Below, one piece after another: positions 1 to 14,812 of a stretch of DNA of 64,000 nt. The notes beneath the pieces were generated by a model, which saw only the letters and a list, made by a program, of their open reading frames with translations, did no database searches and was not told the DNA's origin. The position numbers and the translations under genes are program-made. Origin of the DNA: Chrysomallon squamiferum (lineage: Eukaryota > Animalia > Mollusca); the NCBI GenBank assembly GCA_012295275.1, contig CM022677.1:24180001-24244000 (forward strand), given 5' to 3'. Position 1 is the stretch's first letter, and the number at the start of each line of letters is the position of its first letter.

Positions 1-343
1 CTGTTTCTCTCTCTCCACTTCTGTCAGTCTGTCTGTCTCTCTCACTCTTTCTCTCACTCTTTCTCTCACTCTCTCTCTGTCTCTATGTGTGTGTCTCTTT
101 CTGTGTATCTCTCTGTCTCTGTTTCTCTGTCTCTCTCCCCCCCTCTCTCTCTCTCTCCATCCATCCATCCATCAATACATTCATCTATCCATTAATCCTT
201 CGGTCTATCCATCTTTCGAACTGTCGCTGTCTATATCTCTTTCCGACCACAAGCACACACATACATACATACACGCACCGCACATACCACACACACACAC
301 ATATACATACACACACACACCCACACATACACACACACACACC

Positions 344-377
<34 letters not shown>

Positions 378-2131
378 ATCAAAAAGCCTAAGAGACTTAC
401 TTAGGCATATAACACCGTTATCCAAATCGCTTTTCCGTCTGTCTGTCTGTCTGTATAATCTTTACAATTTTTTTACCTTGAACAGATTTTTTAATACTAG
501 TATTTTTTAAAGGTTTTTGTGAGTCTCCCATTTCAAACAACGAGAACTCGTCATTGTCGATATTGTTATTTTCGTTTTGAGGTGTCGAGGACACCCGCCT
601 AGCACTGTGTTGTCAGAGTCAAAGCGGTGACGAACGTAAACGACATTAACACAAACAACGGTGACGCCCAACGTGTTATATGTCGCCATGACAACAGTGA
701 CGTTAGGCGTACGAATGTATACTGAAGACCATGAGAAAAGCATTTCGCGTTTTTTATTTATTAATATTTTGTGTAATTTTTTTATTTTATTAATATTTTG
801 TGTTAATTTTTTTTTTATTTTCTTTTTTGTAATTTTTTTTTTTTTATTTTTTTATTTTCTTATTTTCTTTTTTTTTACTTTGTTTTTTATTCTTTTTCTC
901 TCTTTCTTTTTTTTTTTTTTTCTCTTTCTAATATTTATTTAGATATACATTTGTTAAAGTAACTTCAGGTGGATGAATGAATGAATATAATTTGTTACAT
1001 GTTTTTCTTTCTTCCTTTCTTCATTCATTTATTAATTCACTGATTCATTCTCTCTTTCATTTCTTCATTTTAATTTGTTTTTAAGGAAAACTAAGTTTTT
1101 AAGTGAAGTTAGTTTCACTTCTTTCATTCTTTCCTTCATTCATCCATCGATCCATAATTTTCTCCTTTTGTTCCTTTCCATTTTATTCCGATTTACCAAC
1201 CTAATTATTTTCGACTTTGTTTATTTATTGAATGATTTTAATTTTTATTCAGATCTGCAGATTTGAATGAACTATAAAAATTAGACAGACAAAGGGTTAA
1301 AGTGTTTAGAACGCTAAAAAAAAACAACACGAAATAAAACTGAAATATTTCATGTCATTACTTTCCCGAGGTTTAGTGAACGCATAAATCAGAATATAAA
1401 AAAAAAAAAAAAAGATAAAAAAGAATAAAAATAAGAATAACATGCAAAAACAAAGAAAGGATGAAACGAGTAATAATTAAAAAAAAAAAAAAAAAAAATT
1501 AATAAAATAATAAACATAAAAATAACAATAAATTAAAATTAAAATTAAAATTAAAATTAAAATTGAAATTAAAATTAAAATTGAAATTAAAATTAGAAAA
1601 GAAAAGAAAACTACGACAGATAAAAGAATAACGAATAAAACGACAAAAATGAACAATTTAAAAATAAAGAAACAGGGAAAGAAAGAAAAAACAAGAGGAA
1701 GAAGTAGAAGTTAATATAAAGAAAGGAAAGAAAGATGAAAAAATAAAAGAATGAAAATACAGAATGACAAGAAGCAAGTAAAAAAGAAAAACTTGACAGA
1801 AAAAGAGAATAAATTAAAATAATTTTAGATCTAACGAAGGAAAACTGAAAAAGGGCCAAAAAGAAGAGAACAAGAAAGAATCAGAAGAACAAAGAAAATA
1901 AAAATACGCACAGCATTAACAATAGGAAAGAAAGAAAGAAAAAAATTATGAAAGAAGGGAAGAACAAAGCAATATAGAATCAGATGAAAAAATAAATAAA
2001 GTGAAAAAGCAATAAAACAGCAACGAAATAAATTGAAAAGAAAATTAAACTAGAGAACGAATGAAAAAATGTAAAAAGAAATGAAAGAAATAGATGAATA
2101 AGGATTGGAAAGTAAACGACACACACAATAC

Positions 2132-2301
<170 letters not shown>

Positions 2302-3391
2302 GATTATGAATGTTCTGAAGGAAGGGAAAAAATATAGAAAGAAGAAGAAAATGGATTTATGAAAATAATGACGATAAAAATCCCTTATATTTAAGATAAC
2401 AACAGCACAAACTACAACAACAACAACAACAATAAATTTAAAAAAAACAAAAATACAAAAACAATAATAAAATAAAATAATGTAAATAAAATAAATAAGA
2501 ACGACAAGAATAACAACGTACAAAACTACGTTACAGGACTCAGAAGAAAAAGAAAAGAGAAACATTTCATGTTACAATAAAAACAAAACAAAAACAAAGG
2601 TAGGTCTATATCGTTACTTTACATGCGGGAAAGTCAATGGAAAAGTAAAATAATGTTTCATTTTGAAGAAGTTTTGTCACGAAAAGGAAACGAAATTGTT
2701 TCTCTGGAATTTTATTTTCTCACTTTCCCTTTGTACACAAAATTTTTGAATGAGGAGTCATGGCTTGTTCTGTTGTTTCGTAGATCATTTGATGAAATAG
2801 ATTACTAGAGGATAAAAGAAAAAAGTGCAATAGAGAAAGGACATTCAGCTCTTTTTTTTTTGAATGTTAGTAATAATGTTAATAATGATGATTATGATGA
2901 TGATGATGATGGTTATAACCTTATACCTATAATTAAATAAATAAGTAAATAAATAAATAAATAAACAAATAAACAAACAAACAAATAAATAAATAAAAAC
3001 AACAGAGTGTTAATTAAAAAAATAATTTAAAAAATTACGCCAAGAACAATAAATAAATTAATTAATTAATTAATTAATTAATAAAAAATGAAAAAAAAAT
3101 AATAATAACAGAGTAACTAAATAAATAAATACTACTTGTCATAAAAATGATTTCAGGGTAGAACATCTATGACGTCATAAACCAATGACGTTTACTGTGA
3201 AGAGAAAGAAACAGTTGACAGTGAGTAGAATTTTTAAAAGTATTTTCTTTTCATTTCTCTTTTTCTACTATTCTTCTTCTTCTTCTTCGATTACATCTTA
3301 CACATACACACACACGTATACACGTGTATTTTTTCCAACATATACAGTAATAATTGATATACAAATTCGTAAGGTAGTATTAATAATATAG

Positions 3392-3483
<92 letters not shown>

Positions 3484-3809
3484 TAACTTACATGATTCAG
3501 AATGTATCCAGTGACTAACAACAGAAATTTCATTGGAATCCCAAGTTAGATCATCTACTTACACATTCCATTCTTTGTCCTTCTTTTTATAAAAAAAAGA
3601 AAAAGAACAAAAAAGAAAGGAAACAGACATGTCAAAATAAATAAGCGACATTCTTCACATTTCAGTCAAAGAAAAATAAATAAACAAATAAAGAAATAGA
3701 TTAATAAATAAATAAACAAATGAATAAATACATAAATAAACAAACAAACAAACAAACAAACAAAGAAAATGAAATAAAGAATAAAGAATGAATAGATAAA
3801 ATAGAAAAC

Positions 3810-3940
<131 letters not shown>

Positions 3941-5196
3941 ATTACTATTATAAAATTCTAACGTTAGCACATAACTGATGACTATTTAGTCGTAAAGTTT
4001 CGTTCCGGCATACAAGTATTTTAAAAGCGAATTTAGGGAATTAAACCAAACGAGAAGGATTAATGTCTGTTTTAAATATTTGCTCTGTTTTCATCAATGA
4101 AAGCCAGAGTCGTAAAATGAAGAATGTTGACTCACGGTCATCTCGGCGGAACAAACTGCATGAGGTAATAATTGACTTGACACCGTAATAGTTCTTCGTG
4201 TGGGTTCAGAAAGACGACGACTTGTTATTGTTATTTTGTTATTATTATTGTTTATTTGTTTGTTTGTTTGGTTAGTTTTTGTTTAGTTTTTGTTTTTATT
4301 TATTTATTTATTTATTTATTGATTATTTTAATTTTGTTTCGTAGATTCTGACATTAAATACACATCAGTTTCTATACCAGTTGTGAAAAAAAGTATAAAT
4401 AAAAAATAAAAATAATAAAATTATTATTCTTATAAATAAATATTAATTAATTAAACTATTCATTAGTTGTTAAGTTGCACCTATATTAATTAACTTTTAT
4501 TCAGTGTGAATAATTTCTTTTCCTTTTATATATTTTTCTTAATTTTCTTTTCTTTTTCTTCTTTTCTTTTTTAATTAAAAGAACACACTGAACGTTAGAA
4601 ATGCTATACAATAAATCTTCTTGTTTCTAAGTGGTCAGTATAATACAGTTCTACGAAGAACGCAAATTTGAGATTCGACAGATCTTAGCTTTATTCTTTT
4701 CTTCTGTAGCTTTGTTTCTCAGCGATTATGACTGTTCCATTAGCAGCAAGTGATATGAATTTTCCTGTCTCTTTAAAAAGTTTTACGGTGACGTATGTAT
4801 ACATTACAATCATGGTGACGTCACTATATATTTCAATCTCAATGTGTACTCTTTTGTTCTGTTTTCAAATTAATTCACTTTTAAGGCACACGTTAACAAA
4901 TTAGCATTGTTGATATGACGTAACGGAGTTGATAAAACATACTGAGAGGGTGTAACTATTACGTCATCTTCTGTTGCTATTACGTCATCACTTAATGTTA
5001 TCAGACATCAACGAGCCTTAATGATGTTAATGCTTGTTTAATGTTCAGGATTATAACTGAGACGTTTGTTAATGAATAGATAAAATCGTGTGGGAATAAA
5101 AATAAAAAATCTTCATTTGACAGAAATCTCTAGAAATTATTTTTACTTACTATTTATGTGATGTATTTATGTTTAGTTTTTCTTCCCTTTATACAA

Positions 5197-5260
<64 letters not shown>

Positions 5261-5291
5261 TTGTCTCTATATATATGTGTATCTCTCTGTT

Positions 5292-5370
<79 letters not shown>

Positions 5371-5512
5371 ATCTCTCTCTCTCTCTTTCTCTCTTTCTGT
5401 CTCTCTGCTAGTGTTTACCATGTTACCCTATCCGTATTATATTCTTTTCATGGTTTTTCTTACACGTAAAATATTTGTATACATATATTTATAATCAATT
5501 AGCATTAATTAA

Positions 5513-5571
<59 letters not shown>

Positions 5572-6489
5572 TGTCATCGCCAAAGATATCGCATAAATTA
5601 TCCAGAAGAAAAAACAACAAGAACAAAAAACTTGCTAATTATGACGTAGATGACGATGATGTCACTAATATTAGTAAAACTATTACTTTACTACTACTAC
5701 TGTTCTCAGACACTATTAACCCTACTTTTACTATTACTAACATTATTACCACTAGTACCATGAACAAACAACAGCAATAACAATAATATTAATAAGGATG
5801 ACAATGATGATAATAATACAATAATAGTAACAACAGCAACAACAACAACAACAACAACAACAACAACTACTACACTATATCTATAAACCCGTCCACAGCT
5901 AATTTCTCCATTTTGACTTGCGACGGAGAAAAATTTTTTTTTTTTTTTTTTTTTTTTCACTTGACAAGTGACATATTGATTTGTCACGGCTGACTGACTT
6001 TAATCCATGTTAGCAGTCAGCTTCGTGGACGTTTCACGCATGACCGCACACACTTGACCAGTTGCAGGTTTTTCAGTAAATGGACTTTTGATCTATGGCT
6101 GATAATATAGCGCACTAGATTAAAGTGGTTTTTCTTGAACTGTTTTCATTCCACCACACAACGTTAATGAGTATCATGAAGAAACCTTATTATTATTATT
6201 GTTATTATTATTGTTGTTGTTGCTGCTGCTCTTATTATTATTACTATTATTGTTGTTGTTGTTATTGTTGTTGTTGTTATTATTATTATTATTAGTGTTG
6301 TTGTTGTTGTTGTTAGTGGTGAATTTCTTGCTGTTGTTGTTGTTGTTTATTTTATTATTTAAATTATTATTATTATAATTACTTTTTTTTTTTTATATAT
6401 ATATATAAAATCTCATATACAGATATACATACAAACACACGTACATAAGCACACCCAAACCTCCGTACACAAACGGACACACACATATT

Positions 6490-6735
<246 letters not shown>

Positions 6736-7218
6736 AATTACTTACTATCTTAAGGAATCCGCATATAAACAATATATATATCGGGGGTGCAATATTAAAA
6801 CGTACCTACCGATTATACCACAAAACGAATGTAAAATAAAATACAATACGTTGGTGAGAAAAATCCATTTTCCTCTTATGTCGAGAGCCAATTTATTGGT
6901 AATAGCAGCAAAAACTAATCCTTGATATCAATTCACGATGCAGTATGGCACTTATACGATATTATGGCGTGCATGACAATACATACACTGTGCGTTAAAA
7001 AGAGATTTGGAAATAGAGAAATTCCCACGGGATATTAAGATACAATCTCTTATTTCCTACGATGAAATATTATATCTTAGCATATTTTGTAAATACGAAA
7101 TAAGAAAATATGCCGAGAACGGAATAAATAACAAAGAAATATTGTTAACGTTTACTATGTGCTATTTTTTTTTTTTTTTTTTTATGGATCTGTTCAGTTT
7201 ATTTTATAATTTTCCTGG

Positions 7219-7320
<102 letters not shown>

Positions 7321-7346
7321 CAGTTATGTAGATGTATGTTTTATAC

Positions 7347-7380
<34 letters not shown>

Positions 7381-7388
7381 TCTCTCTC

Positions 7389-7431
<43 letters not shown>

Positions 7432-9848
7432 ATTTATATATAGTCGTGTTTATCACTTCATGCGTACATATTTAATATCTAACTGTTAATGTGTTGATAT
7501 ATTATAAGCGACTATTAGACCAGTGATGATAATAAAATATTGATATCAGACATCGGATGCCATGTACATCGCTATGATTACAGACCTATGTTTTCGTGTT
7601 CGTTTGTGTGCGTATGTATGTGTTTGTCCTTATGTGTGTGTTGTGCTGTTTGTCTCTATAATGTTACGTGTGTATGTGTTTATATACGTGTATGTTTGTG
7701 TAAGGATTGGTATGCATATATGTGTGTGTGTCCGTTTGTGTACGGATGTTTCGATGTGCTTGTGTACGTGCTTTTGTATATATATCTGTATATGAGGTTT
7801 TATATATATATTAAAAGGTATGACTTTGAACGCATGTTAATTTTTAAACAAAAATAAATATTAAAATAAACACATAAATAAACAAACAACAACAAAAAAA
7901 AACCCAGCAGCAACAACAACAACAACAGCAATAACAACAACAACAACAACAACAACAATAATAATAATAATAATAATAATAATGTTTCTCATAAGATACA
8001 CATACGCACACACACACACACACACGCACACACACACACACACACATAAAGCTGGCCAACCATAACAGCATGGCTCTGTGTTTGTTAATAGATTTCCAGG
8101 AGTACAATAGGTATATACATTATATGGATGGATGAATGGATGGATGGATGAATACCCAGTAGCTACACAAAAAAAAAAAAAAAAAAAAACAGAAAAAAAA
8201 AAAAAAAAAAAAAAAAAAACCATTCAATTAATAGAGAGAAAGATGAAATCAGGAAACGAGAGAACGATGCGTGCAAACATTGATGAAGAGATAAACAAAG
8301 CAGCTTCTGGCAACAAAAGCGATGGTCACGTGAACAGATCCACGGAAAGACGGCTAGATCGACAGAAACAAAAAACAAAAAAAAAAAAAATCAACAGACA
8401 GAAGAAATAAAAGCATGAAGGAAGAGATGACGGAGGACTACAAGAATTGTGGACGAAGCAGAAAAGACACTTGAAGCTGAATCTATTGAGACTGGAAAAG
8501 AAAAAGGCACGAAACCGGAAAATCTTCCAGGGTACAGTTTATCGGCTGCTGGCTGTTATCTCGATCACCGGCATGCAAGAAAGCAATGTAGACGGTCAGC
8601 CGTGAAAACACGCTTCAAGTCTCGCTGCCTCCCCCCCCCCTCCCCCAACAGCCAAGTCCATAAATCTACTCCCCTGACATCCACTGGCATCCGATTAGTG
8701 TCTCTAATCCAATGAGTCACGGTGGATTATCGCTAATCCTGTTAGCACAAAACCGGTACGATGTTCGGGTAGGTAGGTTGTGACCTGTTAGAGGGTAGAT
8801 TAGACCCACCGGCGTGGAGCGGGGTGATGGGGTGGGGTCCCTGAGCGTAAACACGCCCCTTTTGTCAAATTAACGCGTGGGGTTGTTCCGTACATCATTT
8901 ATTATAATTATTACTTTATTACTAATACCATTACATTGGTACCAATACCATTACATTGTTACTAAAACTATCATTTTATTACTAATACTGTTTATTATTA
9001 ACGATTATTACTATAACAATAAGTACTACTATTCACTACCACCATCACTATTTCATTATTACAGTTACCACTATTACTGCTACTACGACGTCTAAGAGTA
9101 CTGATTCAACAAACACCTACTGCTGCAACTACCACTACTACTACGACTACTATGGCTATTATCAAATAAGTACTAGTAATTATACTGTTAACATAACATT
9201 CACTACAATTACTACGACTATTACTTTTTATTCTAACTATTACTAATGACATTATTACTAAATATAAAACTACCACTAAAGTTTACTATTAGATCACTGT
9301 GTATGTGACAATTACAGCTAAACATAAAACTGTAAAACTAACTATGACGAGTAACGTGTTGCTACTACATCTGCGAATACTGTACCATTTGCTGTAACTG
9401 CATTAGTAGTGGTACAACTGCTACTACTATGCTATGAAATAAAAGATAAAACAGACAGCCTCCGACACGCATAGATCCCAGAGCCATACAGACACAGCTA
9501 TTCCCTGCATTCTTACATTTATTTTTTTGGTTTTTTAGATAAGTAACTAATGTTCTTACATTGTGATGGTGAATTAGAGTTTGTACACAGTTTGCTCAAA
9601 CATACGTTTGTTTTGTAATGTACGGAATTTCGCGGAAGGATCACGTAACATACCTCGGACATTGTCTTTAACTGTCATAAATATTTAAACAAACAAAAAG
9701 ACAATTAACATCAAAATGTGAAATAAACAAAGAAACAAATAAATAAATAAATAAATAAAACAAAAATAAAATAAAATAATAAAATAAAATAATAGAAAAA
9801 ACAACAAATGCACACAAATAATAATAATAATAATAATAACAATAATAA

Positions 9849-9879
<31 letters not shown>

Positions 9880-9893
9880 AATAATGATAATAA

Positions 9894-9924
<31 letters not shown>

Positions 9925-10205
9925 AAGAAGAAGAAGAAGAAGAAGACAAATAAATGTTCACGTTAACAAAACGGTGAGAAGTGAGATATTTCCAGTTTAA
10001 ATTGACGCCTCACGCGAGACACAAAATGGCGGCGATTTACGACACACTGTCGTCTGTTATCTTCCGCAGAACGTACGTGTCTCGCGCTAATTTTATTTTC
10101 CACTTCATTAAACCGGCAGAACATTTAGCCGTCGTACGCTTCATTAATCTGGTAACCTCTGACCTCTGTGACATCATTTTGAAATGACAACGACAGACCG
10201 AAAGG

Positions 10206-10238
<33 letters not shown>

Positions 10239-11125
10239 CGAATAAAACCAGGAGTGAAGTGTGAAATTAAAAAGTTAATGACGACTGGCTGAAAATTATC
10301 TGTAAGTGATGTCGTGACAGTTGTACTAATCTGAAAACTGTTCTTGGACGACGTCGTGGATGTTGTGCAGATTCAAAAACTGCCTCTATGTGAAATGATG
10401 CCTGCTGTAATGATTTGAACAGCAACAACCACGACTACTAAAACAGCTACTGTTACTACTACTACTGCTACTACTACTAGCATTTATACTGCTATCACTG
10501 GTTATAGTAGCAGCAGCAGTAGTAGCTGTAGTAGTGGTGATAGTAATAGTAGTAGTAGCTGTTCTGGCGGTAGCAGTAGCAGTAGAAGTAGCAGTAGCAG
10601 TAGTAGCTTTAGTCGCAGCAGTATCAGTAACAATAGCAGTAGTAGTAGTAGCAATAGTAGTAGCAGTAACAACAGTAGTAGTAGTAGTAGCAATAGTAGT
10701 AGTAGTAGTAGTAGTACAAAGACTAGGAGTAACTGAGTACAGAGCAGTGATGTGTATGATGTATGACAGTTTTTGTCTGGATGCGTTCACTAAAATCGAA
10801 TGTGAACCTGTCTGTACACGGTGAACGTGTTAACAGGTAATTTAACATCGAGCTGTAAATCACTCAAATAGTCTGTAAGTCAACAGGTTAAAACATAAAG
10901 AGACAGATGAGAAAAAAGTATTTTTTTCTGAGAACCATAAAGAGAGGACATTCTGTTTAGCTACTAACAGCAGCGAAGTAGCTGACCGTTTACGCCCCAA
11001 AAAAAGAAAAATATGTTATTAACTCTGTAATTTTAATAAATGTGTATATATATATGTGTGTATATAGATATGAAAATAAAAAAGTGACTAAACGGTCACA
11101 CAACACTAAAGATATACTGAATTCT

Positions 11126-11166
<41 letters not shown>

Positions 11167-12349
11167 TTATTATTATTATTACTATTGTTGTTGTTGTTAG
11201 ACTCATACTACATACACACACACAGATATATACACACACACACACACACAAAGAGATATATATATGGGACAACCTACATGTCGGAATTCCCAAATGATCG
11301 AAATTCTATTTCTTTACACATACATACATACTTACTGACAGACAGACAGACAGGACAAATGGACGAATGTTTGTGGCTAGGGTATATATATATATATTTT
11401 AAATATGTTTCAAGACTGTATCTTCTCATGTAAAAAACAAAACAAAAAAACAAAAAAAAAACACCAACAATCAACTGAATTATGATGACATTACTGCACG
11501 AACCAAGAGTTAACGACCTTTGTTTTAACGACAGCGGCGCTTTCGTAGCCTAGCAACCAAATTTTAAAAAGTACTTCGACACACACGATTTCAAAACTGA
11601 CATGCGTATGAAACCGTACGTAGTAACAAACGACTGACTCCCCACGTACGCAAGCACGCACGCACGCACACGCACCTTTACCCAAGGATCAAACTGAGTT
11701 TTTTTTTTTAACATTATGATCAAGTTCATCTTGTGGCAGTTATCTTTTTTTTTTTTTTTTTTAAATGTACCTCGAAGAGACAGGTTTTGCAGAACGAGTG
11801 TTTCTTATCTTATACGGGAAGAGAAAAATAAATATGTGTCCAGCGTTTCACCGAATTAGTAAATAGCCATAAACCTCGGCGACACGAAACAATAAGTTTG
11901 AACTGTTAGGTTTTTTCAGTGTCACTCGTTAGAATGAAATGTCTACAGATAGACTGATAACAGGTACGTGTTTATACTTTCACTTTCAAGTGTCTGAGAA
12001 AAACCAGTGTAGGTTACCTGACACTACATCATTTCTGCTTGATGGCAATGTTATATTTACTTTTTTTTTTTTGTATGTCAAGTACGGTTTGATAGTCGTA
12101 TAAGTTGCTGATAAAAAAAAAATCAGATTTTCGTTTATGTAAGTGTTTGTGTGTTTGTGTGTGTATGTGTGTGTGTGTGTGTACGCATATGCAGATATGT
12201 ATGTATGTATTTTAGGATTTGAATATTCTCTGTCTTATGTACGTCTGATTAGACTCTGCACTGGCGCAGGAGGACAAAGTTCAATCACGACATCACAAAC
12301 CCGTCAGATGCCGCTGACGAGACTCGAACGTGTGGCACCCATTCGCCCG

Positions 12350-12397
<48 letters not shown>

Positions 12398-12536
12398 TGT
12401 GGATGTATGTATGTATGTGTATGTAGTTTTATATGTATGTACATACATATGAGAGAATTTGTGTTTGTTTTAAGTGCTTTATTAATCTGCAGAAGAAACG
12501 AGGTGTTTCTCTTGTAGAAACGAAGAATAAAATAAC

Positions 12537-12574
<38 letters not shown>

Positions 12575-13105
12575 GAAGAAGAAGAAGAAGAAGAAGAATA
12601 CTAACAGTATTAGTATTAGTACTAATGGTAATAAAGGTAATAACAGTAATAGTGGTAATTGTAGTGGTAGTTTTAGTAGTCGCTATAACAGCAGCTGCAT
12701 CTACATTAATAGTAGTAACAGAAGTGGCACATGCAGTAGGAGCAATAGTAGTAGCAGCAGTAGTAGTCGGAATAGAGAAGAATTAAAAAGTGGACTAGAA
12801 CAAGAAAAACAAGGAGAACAAAGAAACTGAGGTAAGAAATTAGGGAGGACACCTGTGGGTGAGTGAGGTCGATACAGCAGCAGGTACAAGCCTCGTTTTC
12901 AATCATCTGGTTTAAATGCAGCCAGTCGTGAAGTGTCACACGTCTGACACCTAAATAATCACTTAGAAAAACTTCTCTAAAGACGTTTTTGTCGAAACTT
13001 TCACACCTTTTTTTTTTTTTTTTTACTTTTGAAATTTAATTTATTTTCTTCATCCGCACTGGATGACATCGTTAGGCAGAGTGGGAGAAAGAGGATGGGG
13101 AAAAA

Positions 13106-13250
<145 letters not shown>

Positions 13251-13261
13251 AAAACCAAGAA

Positions 13262-13375
<114 letters not shown>

Positions 13376-13521
13376 CAATTAATAATCCAGTGTCTTCAGA
13401 ATTTTGTGCAGTTTTCTTATATTTTAGCTCTTTTTATTCACATCCTCGTGATGATGATGATGATGATGTCGACGATAATTTTGTATTGTTGTTGTTGTGG
13501 TTGTTGTTATTGTTATTGTTG

Positions 13522-13553
<32 letters not shown>

Positions 13554-13943
13554 GTTATCATTATCATTCTTCTTCTTCTATTATTATTATTATTATTATT
13601 CATTTTTCCAGTAATTTTTGCTATTCGTTTTAATTCATTGATATTTCTTTCCTTGAGTTTTTTCTTTCCTTTGTTTTATTTTTCTTTTTATTTTTATTTT
13701 ATTGTGTGTGTTTGCTTGTTATTTGTTATTTTGTTTGTTTGTTTACTGATCTCTAATCATTTTTCATAAAAAAAAAAAAAAAAAAAAAAAAAAGAAAACG
13801 AAACTATTATTGAATATACTCTTATATTTATTCATTAATTTGGAAAAAGAAACAAAGATAATCACAAAGAAAATTAAAACCAATCATGCAAAAAACTAAA
13901 CACACACAAAAAAATCACACGCATGTACGCAGCAGCATCTGCA

Positions 13944-13981
<38 letters not shown>

Positions 13982-14315
13982 TTACTTGTTTGATACATTA
14001 AAAACAAAACAAATCAAATTTGTGACACTTCCGAAAGCGAACTTTCGTAAAAATCCGACATTCTCCGAATATACATCCAAAACTAAACCTTTGTTACGCT
14101 TTTATTATGCAAACAAGAAGTAGTAGCTGAGGATCAGTCTATAATAAATACTATGTACAAATATCACAGTACAGCGGCCTATCTTATGGGAACCAGTTAA
14201 CATCAAACTTCGTAAACGTCTGCTTTGCAAGCCGCTTTGAACCAGTCGAAATAAAAATTCACGGTGAAAATATATCTCTCTAAAAGGAGTGTTATTAATA
14301 CTGCTGTTGTTTGTA

Positions 14316-14348
<33 letters not shown>

Positions 14349-14708
14349 TGTAAGGTGGTTAATTTATTAATTGATTTATAATTACTAGTAGTTTTACTTG
14401 TTCAACGGAAACGAACGAAAACTATCGAAGCAAAAGAACGTAATGGATGTACAAGTTTACTTAATTCTTAAAGCCGTTTGTCGGAAAAAGAACGGAAGCA
14501 GACGAACAAAACCGAATATTATTTATATGTGACGGAAAGACCCGAACATCAACGGTTTACAAAGCAGAATCTACAAAGAAGTGCATAACTGCTCGCGCAT
14601 AATATGATAAGCTAGAGCGGAAATTCCGGGACTATATAATACTCAATACCATAAAAAAATATATATATATATAATAAGTTGCGTATATATTTACAAAGCA
14701 TAAATAAA

Positions 14709-14714
14709 TTTATT
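14709..14714 (-). terminator. Poly(A) signal AATAAA of the minus-strand transcript
   Basis: Plus-strand TTTATT at 14709-14714. No other TTTATT was seen between here and the acceptor at 16150, although ATTAAA variants occur near 14950-14975. Confidence 0.45.
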
Positions 14715-14728
14715 GCTATTTACATATA

Positions 14729-14746
14729 TGGACGGATTTGATAGGG
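14729..14746 (-). promoter_or_regulatory. miR-184-3p complementary site B
   Basis: The minus strand reads CCCUAUCA-AA-UCCGUCCA. It has the same 8mer and central loop as site A, with one bulged miRNA A in the 3' helix. Confidence 0.65.
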
Positions 14747-14793
14747 ATAAATAATGTGTGGTCCATATTTACTAAGGTACACTTATCGTTACG

Positions 14794-14812
14794 TGGACGG
14801 ATTTGATAAGGG
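14794..14812 (-). promoter_or_regulatory. miR-184-3p complementary site A (8mer seed, central loop, 9-bp 3' pairing)
   Basis: The minus strand reads CCCUUAUCA-AA-UCCGUCCA. miR-184-3p (recalled sequence UGGACGGAGAACUGAUAAGGGC) pairs at nt 1-8 and 13-21, with nt 9-12 unpaired opposite AA. Confidence 0.7.

Noticed and set aside
8766-8785. let-7-like GGTAGGTAGGTTGTG
   Set aside because: The seed differs from GAGGTAG, there is an extra G, and no hairpin is evident.
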